Source of the DNA: a virus
Direction: 5' to 3' (one strand)
DNA: 64,000 bases
IMG/VR virus record: IMGVR_UViG_3300027863_000019
Location: 1 to 64,000 of that record
Shown here: piece after piece, positions 47,294 through 56,467 of the stretch
How the letters are laid out: each line of letters opens with the position of its first letter
Numbering within the stretch: the first letter of the stretch is position 1
Made by a program: the position numbers and the translations under genes
The notes under the pieces: model-generated
Told to the model about the DNA's origin: nothing
What the model saw: only the letters and a program-made list of their open reading frames with translations
Databases searched by the model: none

Positions 47294-48664
47294 ATGAGTA
47301 ACTTTAAAGTACACATTGAGAATTCGTGGAGTTATATTAGGGGAAGTGAATCCCTGCCTGCCGATTTTCTCAAGCTCTTATCTTATATAGATAAACAACA
47401 AACCTTTAAGTCCTATGCCTGGTCTGGCGTTTATGATCCAGTTAGAAAGTATTTAATCAATCGTCGTAATAAAGCATTCCCGACAGGACTCCTACCAATC
47501 GTCCAAGCAAACTTTCCTAATTGGGAATATCTTGATGAGAGAGAAAAGCCCGATGTAGAATGGCAACCATTTCCAAAAGAGATGGAATATAAAGAAGGAC
47601 ATCAAGCAGCAGCATTACGGAAAATGATTGAAATGGAACGAGGTACTATTGAAGGTATCACGGCCATGGGAAAGAGTTACCTTGAAGCGGGATTCGCTTC
47701 AGTCTTCGAACATCCAGTCTTAATTATATCTCACCGAAAAGAAATAGCTAAAAACATTTTAGAAAAGTGTCAAGACATTGTTGGAAACGGCGATGTGGGA
47801 TGTGTCTTTGCAAATAAAGTAAAACCAAATCGAGTTACAGTTGGGATGATTGGATCTCTAGCTGCTCGTATGGATAGTCTAAAAGATTGGATGAGTAAGA
47901 TCAGAGCAATTCTGGTCGATGAATCTCATCACTGTTCTGTAGGTTCTCAATACTTTACGTTTATCCAAGCATGTAAAAATGCTTATTATCGTTACGGATT
48001 AACAGCTTCACCGTGGAGAGAGCAAGGAGATACATTATCGATCTTTGCTTTAACTGGTCCTGTTATCTTTACTTATCCATATGCTCAAGCGTTGCAAGAA
48101 GGAGTTGTAGTTCCGATCGAAGTTTATATGTCGATGGTTCCTTCTAATATTCAAATGCCCATTCTGAATACTTTTGGAATAGTTTATCAGAAGGGCGTCG
48201 TACAGAATGAACATCGAAATAAACAAGTCTCGAAAATTGTAAACCATCTTTATAAGAAAGGAGAGAATGTTTTAGTCTTGGTTTGGCAAGTGGAGCACGG
48301 AAGACTTCTCAGTGAACTACTAACTGATGTTCCTCATGAGTACATTCATGGATCGTCTACGAATAGGGAGAGCGCTAAGGAATCTTTTGAGCGAGGAGAC
48401 AATCAAATTTTGATCGCCTCATCAATCTATGATGAAGGTGTAGATATCGAACGCGTGCAAAACGTCGTTGTAGCCGCAGGATATAAAGCTCCCAGGCTTT
48501 TAATTCAAAGAGTTGGCAGAGGGATGAGACCATCTGAAGGTAAAGATAAGTGTCGCGTTTTCGACTTCTTTGACACCTGCCATACGAGCTTACAGAAGCA
48601 TTCTCAGGAACGGTTAAAATTCTATAAGAAGATGGGATTTAAAGTTTCGGAATTACATTTATAG
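47294..48664 (+). CDS. SF2 DExH helicase (UvsW-like)
   Basis: TAMGKS, DESHH, GLTASP, DEGVDI, QRVGRGMR. Confidence 0.9.
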   Translation: MSNFKVHIENSWSYIRGSESLPADFLKLLSYIDKQQTFKSYAWSGVYDPVRKYLINRRNKAFPTGLLPIVQANFPNWEYLDEREKPDVEWQPFPKEMEYKEGHQAAALRKMIEMERGTIEGITAMGKSYLEAGFASVFEHPVLIISHRKEIAKNILEKCQDIVGNGDVGCVFANKVKPNRVTVGMIGSLAARMDSLKDWMSKIRAILVDESHHCSVGSQYFTFIQACKNAYYRYGLTASPWREQGDTLSIFALTGPVIFTYPYAQALQEGVVVPIEVYMSMVPSNIQMPILNTFGIVYQKGVVQNEHRNKQVSKIVNHLYKKGENVLVLVWQVEHGRLLSELLTDVPHEYIHGSSTNRESAKESFERGDNQILIASSIYDEGVDIERVQNVVVAAGYKAPRLLIQRVGRGMRPSEGKDKCRVFDFFDTCHTSLQKHSQERLKFYKKMGFKVSELHL

Positions 48665-48734
48665 GATTTTGACAAATTGGTTTGTGAATCAAGAATTCAC
48701 GTTGTAAACTTCTCTCTAAGGGGTTTTATCGTTC

Positions 48735-49703
48735 ATGAGATCATCGCAAGAGCTGCTCGAACGTTTTGCCGAAATTTTAAGAATATATCAAATCACAAGT
48801 TCCACAGAGTACGATAATTTAAAGATCGAAAACAAGCCCGCCAGAGGTACGCTATCTAAAATCTTCGGGAGTTGGGCAGATGCACTAAACGCAGCAATGA
48901 ATCTTCAGAGTGAGAAGGTTGATGTCTCAATCCTGAAGAAGCAATTAGAAGAACTCACTCGCTCAATCCATACTCCGCAGCTTCATCTTTCTGGTGAAAA
49001 AATCTCGCTCGGTATCCTATCTGATACTCATATGGGAAGTCGATTCGCAGATCTGGGATTACTGGATTTCGCATATGAGACTTTCGCTGACTTCGGAATC
49101 GAGACGGTCCTACACGCTGGAGACATCCTAGACGGTCAACGAATGTATAAAGGTCAAGAGTTTGAGCTCGACAAATTCGGCGCAGATACTCAAGTTGAAT
49201 TCTGCATTAATCGTTATCCGCGAAAAGAAGGTATCACGACTTACTTCATTGATGGGAATCATGATCGTTCGTTCTGGAAGGATGCCGGAAATAATACAGG
49301 TAAAAAAATTTCACAAGCTAGAGACGACATGGTTTATCTAGGATACCAGGAAGCAGAAGTTGTTCTTGGCGATCCAGATAATGGAAAGAAAGCAACTGCA
49401 AGAATCTTTCATGGTGAAGATGGATCTGCTTATGCGATCAGTTATCGCCCTCAAAGATATCTTACTGAATTACCTGGGAAATCAAAACCCGATATGTTGA
49501 TCTTAGGGCACTACCATAAAGCAGAAATCCTTTACTATCAAGGGGTTATTGCAGTGCAAGCAGGTACAACTCAACGTCAAACACCCTTCATGAGAGGGAG
49601 AAGAATTAGTGCAGCTTTAGGATTTTGGATTGTTAATATGACAATTAATGAAAATGGAATAGCGAGAATTGGATTCGAATTCTTTCCCGCGGATCCTAGA
49701 TAG
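48735..49703 (+). CDS. Calcineurin-like metallophosphoesterase
   Basis: SDTH, AGDILDG, GNHD, H, GHYH. Confidence 0.9.
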   Translation: MRSSQELLERFAEILRIYQITSSTEYDNLKIENKPARGTLSKIFGSWADALNAAMNLQSEKVDVSILKKQLEELTRSIHTPQLHLSGEKISLGILSDTHMGSRFADLGLLDFAYETFADFGIETVLHAGDILDGQRMYKGQEFELDKFGADTQVEFCINRYPRKEGITTYFIDGNHDRSFWKDAGNNTGKKISQARDDMVYLGYQEAEVVLGDPDNGKKATARIFHGEDGSAYAISYRPQRYLTELPGKSKPDMLILGHYHKAEILYYQGVIAVQAGTTQRQTPFMRGRRISAALGFWIVNMTINENGIARIGFEFFPADPR

Positions 49704-49707
49704 TGGA

Positions 49708-49821
49708 ATGAGCGATAGTTTTTTTTTTCAACGTATTGACTCCGAAGAAAAAGCATACTGGCTCGGTTTTATTTATGCGGATGGTTGTCCCCGTAAGGGA
49801 AAACGCTCAAAATTTTTATAA
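49708..49821 (+). pseudogene. LAGLIDADG homing endonuclease N-terminal relic
   Basis: FFQRIDSEEKAYWLGFIYADGC then early stop. Confidence 0.75.
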
Positions 49822-49871
49822 GAAGGCAAGTCGCACAAATTAATGATTGAATTTTTCCCGGTAGGATCGTA

Positions 49872-50120
49872 ATGGTCATTTCAATTATCTCTTGGAAGAA
49901 TACATGGCGCGTGAAGAAGCGCGGAGCTCAGCGCGCCATGAAAGTTTTTAAAACTCTTAAAGATGCTGAAGTCTATGCTAAGGGTTTAAAAGACGTCGAA
50001 GAGATTTTCATTCACCGTAAAGATGGATCCGTTGCAAGACGTATTACAATTTTAATCGAAGAAGGGAGAAAGACTACCGTTATCGATTTCTTTTCAAAGG
50101 AGTCCACAAATGGAATCTAA
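49872..50120 (+). CDS. DUF2188-like protein
   Basis: WRVKKRGAQRA..F.T..A...A...E.FIHRKDG. Confidence 0.75.
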   Translation: MVISIISWKNTWRVKKRGAQRAMKVFKTLKDAEVYAKGLKDVEEIFIHRKDGSVARRITILIEEGRKTTVIDFFSKESTNGI

Positions 50121-50343
50121 ATCACTATTCGGAATCCTTTGGGACTTCGTTAAAAGTCTTTGGGGTTGGTTTTCAGCTCGTAAGAAAGAACAACAAGCTG
50201 AACGCGAACAACTAAACGAACAAACAGAAACTAAAGTCCAAGAGGATATTCAGAAGGTTGATGAACAACACAAAGAAAAGCAAGATGAAATCAATAACCT
50301 TAAAACTGGCAATGATATCGCTAACAGCTTTAATAAGCTTTAG
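50110..50343 (+). CDS. i-spanin-like protein
   Basis: N-terminal hydrophobic segment plus coiled coil, overlapping a lipoprotein gene. Confidence 0.5.
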   Translation: MESKSLFGILWDFVKSLWGWFSARKKEQQAEREQLNEQTETKVQEDIQKVDEQHKEKQDEINNLKTGNDIANSFNKL

Positions 50344-50599
50344 TTGTGCGAGTGTTCCTACTAAACCAACATACGTTTCAAAGAATGTGGTTCAGTTTGA
50401 GCATGTATTAAAACCCGAGAAGATTGGGGATCTTAATGCGTTCTCACTAGTAGATCCTAAGTATGGGACAATCGTTTGCTTTACGGCTGAGAAGGCTAAG
50501 AAGTTACGCCTCTATATCGATCAGCAAGATCAAGCTATCGATAGAGCCAACGTAATTATCAATAATGCAAACGCTTACATCAAATCACTCAATAAGTGA
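50285..50599 (+). CDS. Lipoprotein, o-spanin-like
   Basis: Signal peptide with lipobox-like LISFSC. Confidence 0.55.
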   Translation: MKSITLKLAMISLTALISFSCASVPTKPTYVSKNVVQFEHVLKPEKIGDLNAFSLVDPKYGTIVCFTAEKAKKLRLYIDQQDQAIDRANVIINNANAYIKSLNK

Positions 50600-50864
50600 T
50601 CAGCCAGTAACTTTAATTAAATTATCTGTCACTTGTCCCATTTGTGGGTGGTATTACTCTGGTCATTTAAGGTTCCCGGAACCACCCTACTGTAACGATA
50701 AACAGTGTACTGGATGTAAAACAATTTTTAAGGTGAGATATAAGCTCTCATCTGAAGTCTGCGACGAGTGTAATCATAAGTTAAGATGCTTATCAATGCC
50801 CGTTGCAGATGTCAAAGAAAATATTCAACACGCGATGTTAGGAGATATAAATTGGAGTACATAG
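50565..50864 (+). CDS. 7-Cys family protein
   Basis: CPIC...CTGC...CDECNHKLRCLSMP. Confidence 0.7.
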   Translation: MQTLTSNHSISDQPVTLIKLSVTCPICGWYYSGHLRFPEPPYCNDKQCTGCKTIFKVRYKLSSEVCDECNHKLRCLSMPVADVKENIQHAMLGDINWST

Positions 50865-51499
50865 TAATTGACTGTGAGCACTGTGGCGGTTGGTGCTGTA
50901 AGAGTCTCAATCGATCTGGCGTCGAACGTTCATACTGGATTAGTCTTAAACCTGATGAAGTAATCGAACTGAATCCTTGGATTCCAGTAAATATGTCTTT
51001 GGATAAGTACGACTTTTGTAAGTGTCAGCACCTTGATATTCATGGTCTTTGTAAATTCTATACTTATCGAGATGAAGCATGTAGAAATTATCCAAACTTG
51101 GAATTCTTCTTTATGGAATATCTCGAAGGTGATGCTGAGTTCTATGTCCCTTTCTGTACCTATCGATCATATATTTTACAAGCAAAGAATATTCCGTTTG
51201 AGGTGTGTTTAACTGGGGAAGAATGTCAACAAAAGTATTTAGAGCAATTTCGTTCTACTCCTGAAGATGCACTACAATTTCATGGATCTAAAATTTTATT
51301 GTATCAAGCTGGATATAGTTGTCATCAAATTGCAAAGTTAATTAAGTCTACATATTATGACGTTTACAAAGATCTTAAAAAGAGTGGAATTTTTCAATCC
51401 CAATCCCCAGCTCGTTTGAATCGGGCATCTTTTAACCGGCTCTCTAAAAAGCCCTCTGAAGCTGAGGGAGCATTCACAAAGAAAGCGGCTGATTTTTGA
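50786..51499 (+). CDS. YkgJ/CxxCxxCC-like protein with C-terminal HTH
   Basis: CEHCGGWCC...CQHL...C..Y..R..ACRNYP; GYSCHQIAKLI. Confidence 0.7.
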   Translation: MLINARCRCQRKYSTRDVRRYKLEYIVIDCEHCGGWCCKSLNRSGVERSYWISLKPDEVIELNPWIPVNMSLDKYDFCKCQHLDIHGLCKFYTYRDEACRNYPNLEFFFMEYLEGDAEFYVPFCTYRSYILQAKNIPFEVCLTGEECQQKYLEQFRSTPEDALQFHGSKILLYQAGYSCHQIAKLIKSTYYDVYKDLKKSGIFQSQSPARLNRASFNRLSKKPSEAEGAFTKKAADF

Positions 51500-51511
51500 G
51501 ACAATAATCAA

Positions 51512-51928
51512 ATGAAACTAATCCGAGTCACGGATACAGATGAGTTCATGGGGTGGGATGTTGGTGACATCTCTGATACTGCTTTAATCTTTGAACTTAA
51601 ACACGCATGGAAAGATTATTTTAAGAAACACTCCTGTCCTTTAACTGTAGCGGCAGCAACGTTACATCCCGCAAGAGACTTTTGTAAACGAATAGGAATC
51701 CCATTTAGATTCTTCATTCGTTGCAGTATTCAAATCTTAGGGCAGTTTCCAAAGCCGTGGGAACTAAATCTTCGTTGGTTACAAGAAGAGATTGAAATCA
51801 TTTGGCTTTCAATGAAGGATACGCTCATTCCCGTTATTCAAGAGACGGATGAAGCTCAAAAAATTTTGCGGTCTCATAAGAAAAGTGAAAAGCGTAATTT
51901 ACATCATTCAAAATTTAGTGGATCATAG
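51512..51928 (+). CDS. Hypothetical protein upstream of helicase
   Basis: 138-aa ORF. Confidence 0.65.
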   Translation: MKLIRVTDTDEFMGWDVGDISDTALIFELKHAWKDYFKKHSCPLTVAAATLHPARDFCKRIGIPFRFFIRCSIQILGQFPKPWELNLRWLQEEIEIIWLSMKDTLIPVIQETDEAQKILRSHKKSEKRNLHHSKFSGS

Positions 51929-51935
51929 AGTTTAT

Positions 51936-52075
51936 ATGGGATCTGCTCAAGGAAAAATTCGTTCGACTAAAACTCGTCGAAAAAACGAGTAAAAAGCAAA
52001 GAAAGGTAATCAGAGTTGGTTTGGGAGAAAGCACTCTGAAGAATCTAAAGATAAAATGAAACAATCTAAACAAAA
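51936..52075 (+). pseudogene. NUMOD3-repeat homing endonuclease relic
   Basis: KKGNQSWFGRKHSEESKDKMKQSK fragment with no intact ORF. Confidence 0.55.
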
Positions 52076-52083
52076 GGCGCATC

Positions 52084-53328
52084 GTGCAAATTCCAGACAA
52101 CCAAATCGTTAGCGCGATCTTTATCGACAGATTCGCACCAGTTTTATTAGCTCGATTTCGTAGTGAATGGCTTGGCGCAAAAGAACTGCAGCTAATCTTC
52201 TCAGAAGCCCAACGCTATTTCACTCAATTCCGAGAAACTCCAACTAAAGAATCCCTTATGACCTTTATCAAGATCGAGGGAAGGGTTCCGACTAATCAAT
52301 GTACTCAACTCGAGGAGATACTGTCATCACTGCCAATTGTATCCCAACCGGAATTTTTCGAGTTTGAGTTAAGCCATATTCTACAAGGTAAAGCATTGAG
52401 TAGTGCTTTACGAGATGCCATCCCCCTATATCAGGAGGAGAAGTTTGAAAATATTTTCGAGTTATTTGCGAGAGCGAAAGCCAGTGCAATTACCAAAAAA
52501 GAAGCTATTGGCTCGTTCTGGGATGATTGGGAGCAACGTGACGTTTCATTTCGCGGCGAACCAAGCCCCACGGGATTTACAACACTCGACTCAATTATGG
52601 GGGGAGGCTTGTATCCAGGTGAGTCAATGCTTACAATTGGTCTCAAGTCAACTGGCAAAACTTTCTTTGCCGTCTGGGTTGCTCGAGCTGCCTTAGTCTT
52701 TAATAAGTTTAACATCATCTATACGATGGAGATTTCCCGTTCAGACTTTTTAAAACGGCTTGACTGTTCAATTGTTGAAATGGATTTTGATGTCTATATG
52801 GATCACAAGGATGAGATTCGTGATCTCATTATGGCAAAAAGAGAGGAGCTCGAAGGTAATTTAATCGTCGTAGAATATCCTTCCGGCTATCCTACAGTGC
52901 CGATCATTGAGAACCAGACATTAGAGCTCGAACAGAAATACGGTCGTAAGGTTAATAGCGTTGTAATTGATTATGTTGACCTTTTAAAAGGAACGGTAGT
53001 AGGTGCTGAATCATCTGCTAGATTCGGTTTGATTTCTACTACAGTTGAACTTCGCGGAATGTGTGGAAAGAACGATTGGTCCGCGATAATCTTAACTCAG
53101 TCAAACGCAATGGGTAAGAAGAAACCTTTTATTGAGTCTGAGAATGCCGCTGAAGGTTACGGCAAGTCGTGGAGTAGTGACTTTGTCGTCAGCATTAATG
53201 AAGTTGTTGGCAGGCCAGATTTAAGAAGACTTTATATTGCTGACTCACGTCGAACTCAAAAGAAAGTTTCAATTTTATATGAAGTAGACTTTAGTAAGTC
53301 GATTTGGAAAGAATGTTCCGGGTTTTGA
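52084..53328 (+). CDS. DnaB-like replicative helicase
   Basis: PTGFTTLD..MGGGL, GLKSTGKT, TME, VIDYVDLL, LTQSN. Confidence 0.9.
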   Translation: MQIPDNQIVSAIFIDRFAPVLLARFRSEWLGAKELQLIFSEAQRYFTQFRETPTKESLMTFIKIEGRVPTNQCTQLEEILSSLPIVSQPEFFEFELSHILQGKALSSALRDAIPLYQEEKFENIFELFARAKASAITKKEAIGSFWDDWEQRDVSFRGEPSPTGFTTLDSIMGGGLYPGESMLTIGLKSTGKTFFAVWVARAALVFNKFNIIYTMEISRSDFLKRLDCSIVEMDFDVYMDHKDEIRDLIMAKREELEGNLIVVEYPSGYPTVPIIENQTLELEQKYGRKVNSVVIDYVDLLKGTVVGAESSARFGLISTTVELRGMCGKNDWSAIILTQSNAMGKKKPFIESENAAEGYGKSWSSDFVVSINEVVGRPDLRRLYIADSRRTQKKVSILYEVDFSKSIWKECSGF

Positions 53329-53390
53329 AATCCAACTAGAAGCCCTCCGAAGCAGGGGGAGTATTCACTAATTGTAAACTGGAATTAACT

Positions 53391-55337
53391 GTGAATCATC
53401 ACCAACAATTCAAGACAACTGGCTCAAGGGAGATCCGTTTCAACTGCCCAATGTGTCCAAGCGGTGATTCGGGATATCATCTCTATTACAACCCCGTAAA
53501 GAGTGTTTTCTTTTGTTTACCTCCTTACTCTTTAGTGAGGTTAGCCCGAGGATTTTTTCCGATCGAGCAAGTAAAAATCGGCGATAAAGTCATCTCTTCA
53601 GATGGATTTCTGAGTAATGTAATTGATATTTGGAGTTCAAATTCTTCTAAGCCATTAGTAAGGGTAGTTCTTGAAAAAATGTCTGGACTGCCTTTAGAGT
53701 GTACGATTGATCATCCTATCTTTTGTATTAGAGATGGAGTTGAACAATATGTTGAAGCTGGTAAATTGCGTGAAAGTGACTATGTCTGTCTTTCCCATTT
53801 TTGTCATATAAAGGATCTCGAGGAAATTCAAATTGAAAGCTCCCGCTCCCGACTTTACAAGGATTCTTTAGGATCAGAATATGCAACAAAGGAAGGTGAC
53901 ACCCAAAAAAGAATTATTAAAGTCTCAAATGATTTTATGTATTTTTTAGGTTTATGGTTAGGCGACGGATTTTCAGCTAAAGGAAATGAAATTGGGATTT
54001 GTACTAGTCAAGAAAATGTTGATTTGATTTCATGTTTAGCTAAAAAAGTTTTGGGTAAATCATCCATTACTACAGGTAATGGAGCTCTATGTGTTCATGT
54101 TTGTGATACTTTTATCTCCCGCTTTTTCGTAAATCATTTTAGAGATTGTAACGGTGGTAAGTTTATACCTATTTGGATTTCACAATTACCAATCGAAAAA
54201 CTGCGTCATTTATTAGCTGGATTAATAGATAGTGATGGCTCGAGTCAAAATGAGGGTCGGTTTGTAAGTTTACAACAAACCGAAAAAAATAAGCAGCTCC
54301 TGTTCGCAGCATTTGAGATTTTCCAAAAATGTGGGGTTCCAGTCTCACTTCAATTCACGAGAGATAAGTATATAAATCATTCAGACAGATGGAATTTGCA
54401 AATGTCAGTAAATTTTGTCGCTGATTTACCTTTAAGAATCAAGCAGGCGCAGTTGACGAAGTGGGAAGATAATGTTAAAAATTTTAAGCATCTCAAGCTT
54501 AAAGATTGTTTTGCGTACAAGGTTAAAACAGTAGAAGTTTTAAAACAAGTGTCCGGTTTGGTATATGATTTAACAGTCGAGGGTGACCCTTCGTTCGCAG
54601 CGCCGTTTGCGATAGTCCACAATTGTCATAGATGTCATTACAGTGGATATGGTTTTCCTCAACTCGTTAAGACTTCTCTGCCTTTAGTAACTCCTACCAA
54701 GGAAGTAAAAGCAAAAGACCTCGAGTGGCAACCCCTTCATTGGCCTCCGACTGGTATTCTCGAATCCACCGTTTGGGATTATTTACTTACAACTAGGGGA
54801 ATCTCTGCGAATGTTATTGAACACTTTAAATTAGGTTGGACTCACAAGATTCCTTTAGCAGTAGTAATTCCATTAATTCAAGATGGAGATATTAGAGCAT
54901 TACAAGTGAGATTTTTAAGTAGCCAAATGAAACCCAAGTATTTGAATTATGCCATTGGAGATAAACCAATGGTGAAGTCCGAGATGATATTTAATATTGA
55001 TTCTGTTATTAAGGGTGTTAGTAAGTTATATATAATGGAAGGTGTCTTTGATGTAATGAAATCGGGTATCTGGAATGGTGTTTGTACTTTTGGAAAAATA
55101 ATTTCATCTGCGCAGTTAGTAATAATTAATAAGATACCTAAAGAAAAACTCGTGTTATCATTTGATTTCGATGTTAAAATAAAAGAAATCATCGAATCAA
55201 TTAAATCGTTGGAATCATTTGGAACCGTTTTTATTAAGAAAATTCCTGAAGGAAAGGATCCTGGAGATTTCGATCCCGATGCATTCGAACTACTGCCTGA
55301 AATTACAACACAAGAATATATGTTGGGGGTGCTCTAA
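53391..55337 (+). CDS. DNA primase (Zn finger plus Toprim) containing an intein
   Basis: CPMC...H...[intein]CHRC; KYLN, EGVFD, FDFD, KDPGD. Confidence 0.88.
   Translation: MNHHQQFKTTGSREIRFNCPMCPSGDSGYHLYYNPVKSVFFCLPPYSLVRLARGFFPIEQVKIGDKVISSDGFLSNVIDIWSSNSSKPLVRVVLEKMSGLPLECTIDHPIFCIRDGVEQYVEAGKLRESDYVCLSHFCHIKDLEEIQIESSRSRLYKDSLGSEYATKEGDTQKRIIKVSNDFMYFLGLWLGDGFSAKGNEIGICTSQENVDLISCLAKKVLGKSSITTGNGALCVHVCDTFISRFFVNHFRDCNGGKFIPIWISQLPIEKLRHLLAGLIDSDGSSQNEGRFVSLQQTEKNKQLLFAAFEIFQKCGVPVSLQFTRDKYINHSDRWNLQMSVNFVADLPLRIKQAQLTKWEDNVKNFKHLKLKDCFAYKVKTVEVLKQVSGLVYDLTVEGDPSFAAPFAIVHNCHRCHYSGYGFPQLVKTSLPLVTPTKEVKAKDLEWQPLHWPPTGILESTVWDYLLTTRGISANVIEHFKLGWTHKIPLAVVIPLIQDGDIRALQVRFLSSQMKPKYLNYAIGDKPMVKSEMIFNIDSVIKGVSKLYIMEGVFDVMKSGIWNGVCTFGKIISSAQLVIINKIPKEKLVLSFDFDVKIKEIIESIKSLESFGTVFIKKIPEGKDPGDFDPDAFELLPEITTQEYMLGVL
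53514..54623 (+). mobile_element. Intein with LAGLIDADG endonuclease (370 aa)
   Basis: N-terminal CLPP, block B TIDHP, LGLWLGDG, LAGLIDSDG, VYDLTVEG, VHN/C junction. Confidence 0.92.
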
Positions 55338-55759
55338 TGATCGCGATTATTGAAAAGGGAGTGTTAGGAAATCGGGATGGTGATCCGATCTATTCGATCG
55401 TCATTGATGACGAGACGGATACTGAAGTTAACTTTATGACGCAAATGCAAATCGATGGAACGTTATCAGATTTGGAAGAGGAGTTTGATTTTAATCCTGA
55501 TCTGATTAAAGCATTGGAACGACTTCCAATTTATGGAAGTCTAGAAGTGCAAATTAAACTCGAATTGGATAACGTAAGATGACACCAAGAATAAGATTCC
55601 TAATCCACGAGTTCGCGAAGGCATTCCGCGATGGTCAAGATCCATTTAAGGATGACTTCCTTCACGCAAAGAAGGTTAATTCAGCTGAACTAGTTGCACT
55701 AAGAGAGTTCGCGGGAAATGTCTTTATGATTTATTTGAAACAATCAGGAGGCGTACCCG

Positions 55760-56455
55760 ATGAGTCTGCCTAAAATGGCCTTTGAGGTTCCGAAGAAGAA
55801 TCTCGCATTTGGAAGACAGTATGCAGATTACTTATTCGTCCTTGCACATTTAATGCACATTCAAGAATACCGAAGTGAAGTGTATTCGTGTCAAGATGCG
55901 GGAATGGATATCTATCTGGATAACTCTGCCTTTGAACTCAAAGAGTCGGTGAGCTTAGATTCTTATATTGGATTGATTCTCGAATTAAATCCAACAGTAG
56001 TTATCGTTCCTGATGCTATTGGTGATCTCGTTAAGACTCTAAAATTGACTCGACAGTTCTATGAAGGGGTTCCCGAACGATTCTTTCAAAAGTATAAGTT
56101 TATGATTGTACTTCAAGGGCAAGATAATCGAGAGAGAATGAAATGCTTTCATATCATTCGTTCTTTTGGTTATCCGTTTCATTTTGTTGGACTTCCAAGA
56201 CATGCATGTCCAAATCGAGTTGAACTACTAAATGCGGTGAAGAGGTTCACAGGAAAGAAACCAATTCACTTCCTCGGGCTTCCAGATCCAAAAGAATTGA
56301 AGGGGATTGGAAATGCAATCGACTCGTTAGACACTTCTTGGGTTTCTAAGTATTCAATTGGTAAAGGTGCCAATGACTATTTAGACTTTGAGAATGATGA
56401 AATTAACGAGCAAAAATTTGTTGAAGGTTATAATATAATAAAAAACAGCTTCTGA
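55760..56455 (+). CDS. TGT-fold, DpdA-like DNA-guanine transglycosylase candidate
   Basis: YLDNSAFE, VPDAIGD...T, VLQG, IHFLG, SLDTS; adjacent to DNA polymerase; queD and queE present. Confidence 0.65.
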   Translation: MSLPKMAFEVPKKNLAFGRQYADYLFVLAHLMHIQEYRSEVYSCQDAGMDIYLDNSAFELKESVSLDSYIGLILELNPTVVIVPDAIGDLVKTLKLTRQFYEGVPERFFQKYKFMIVLQGQDNRERMKCFHIIRSFGYPFHFVGLPRHACPNRVELLNAVKRFTGKKPIHFLGLPDPKELKGIGNAIDSLDTSWVSKYSIGKGANDYLDFENDEINEQKFVEGYNIIKNSF

Positions 56456-56467
56456 AAGGGAAGTTTT

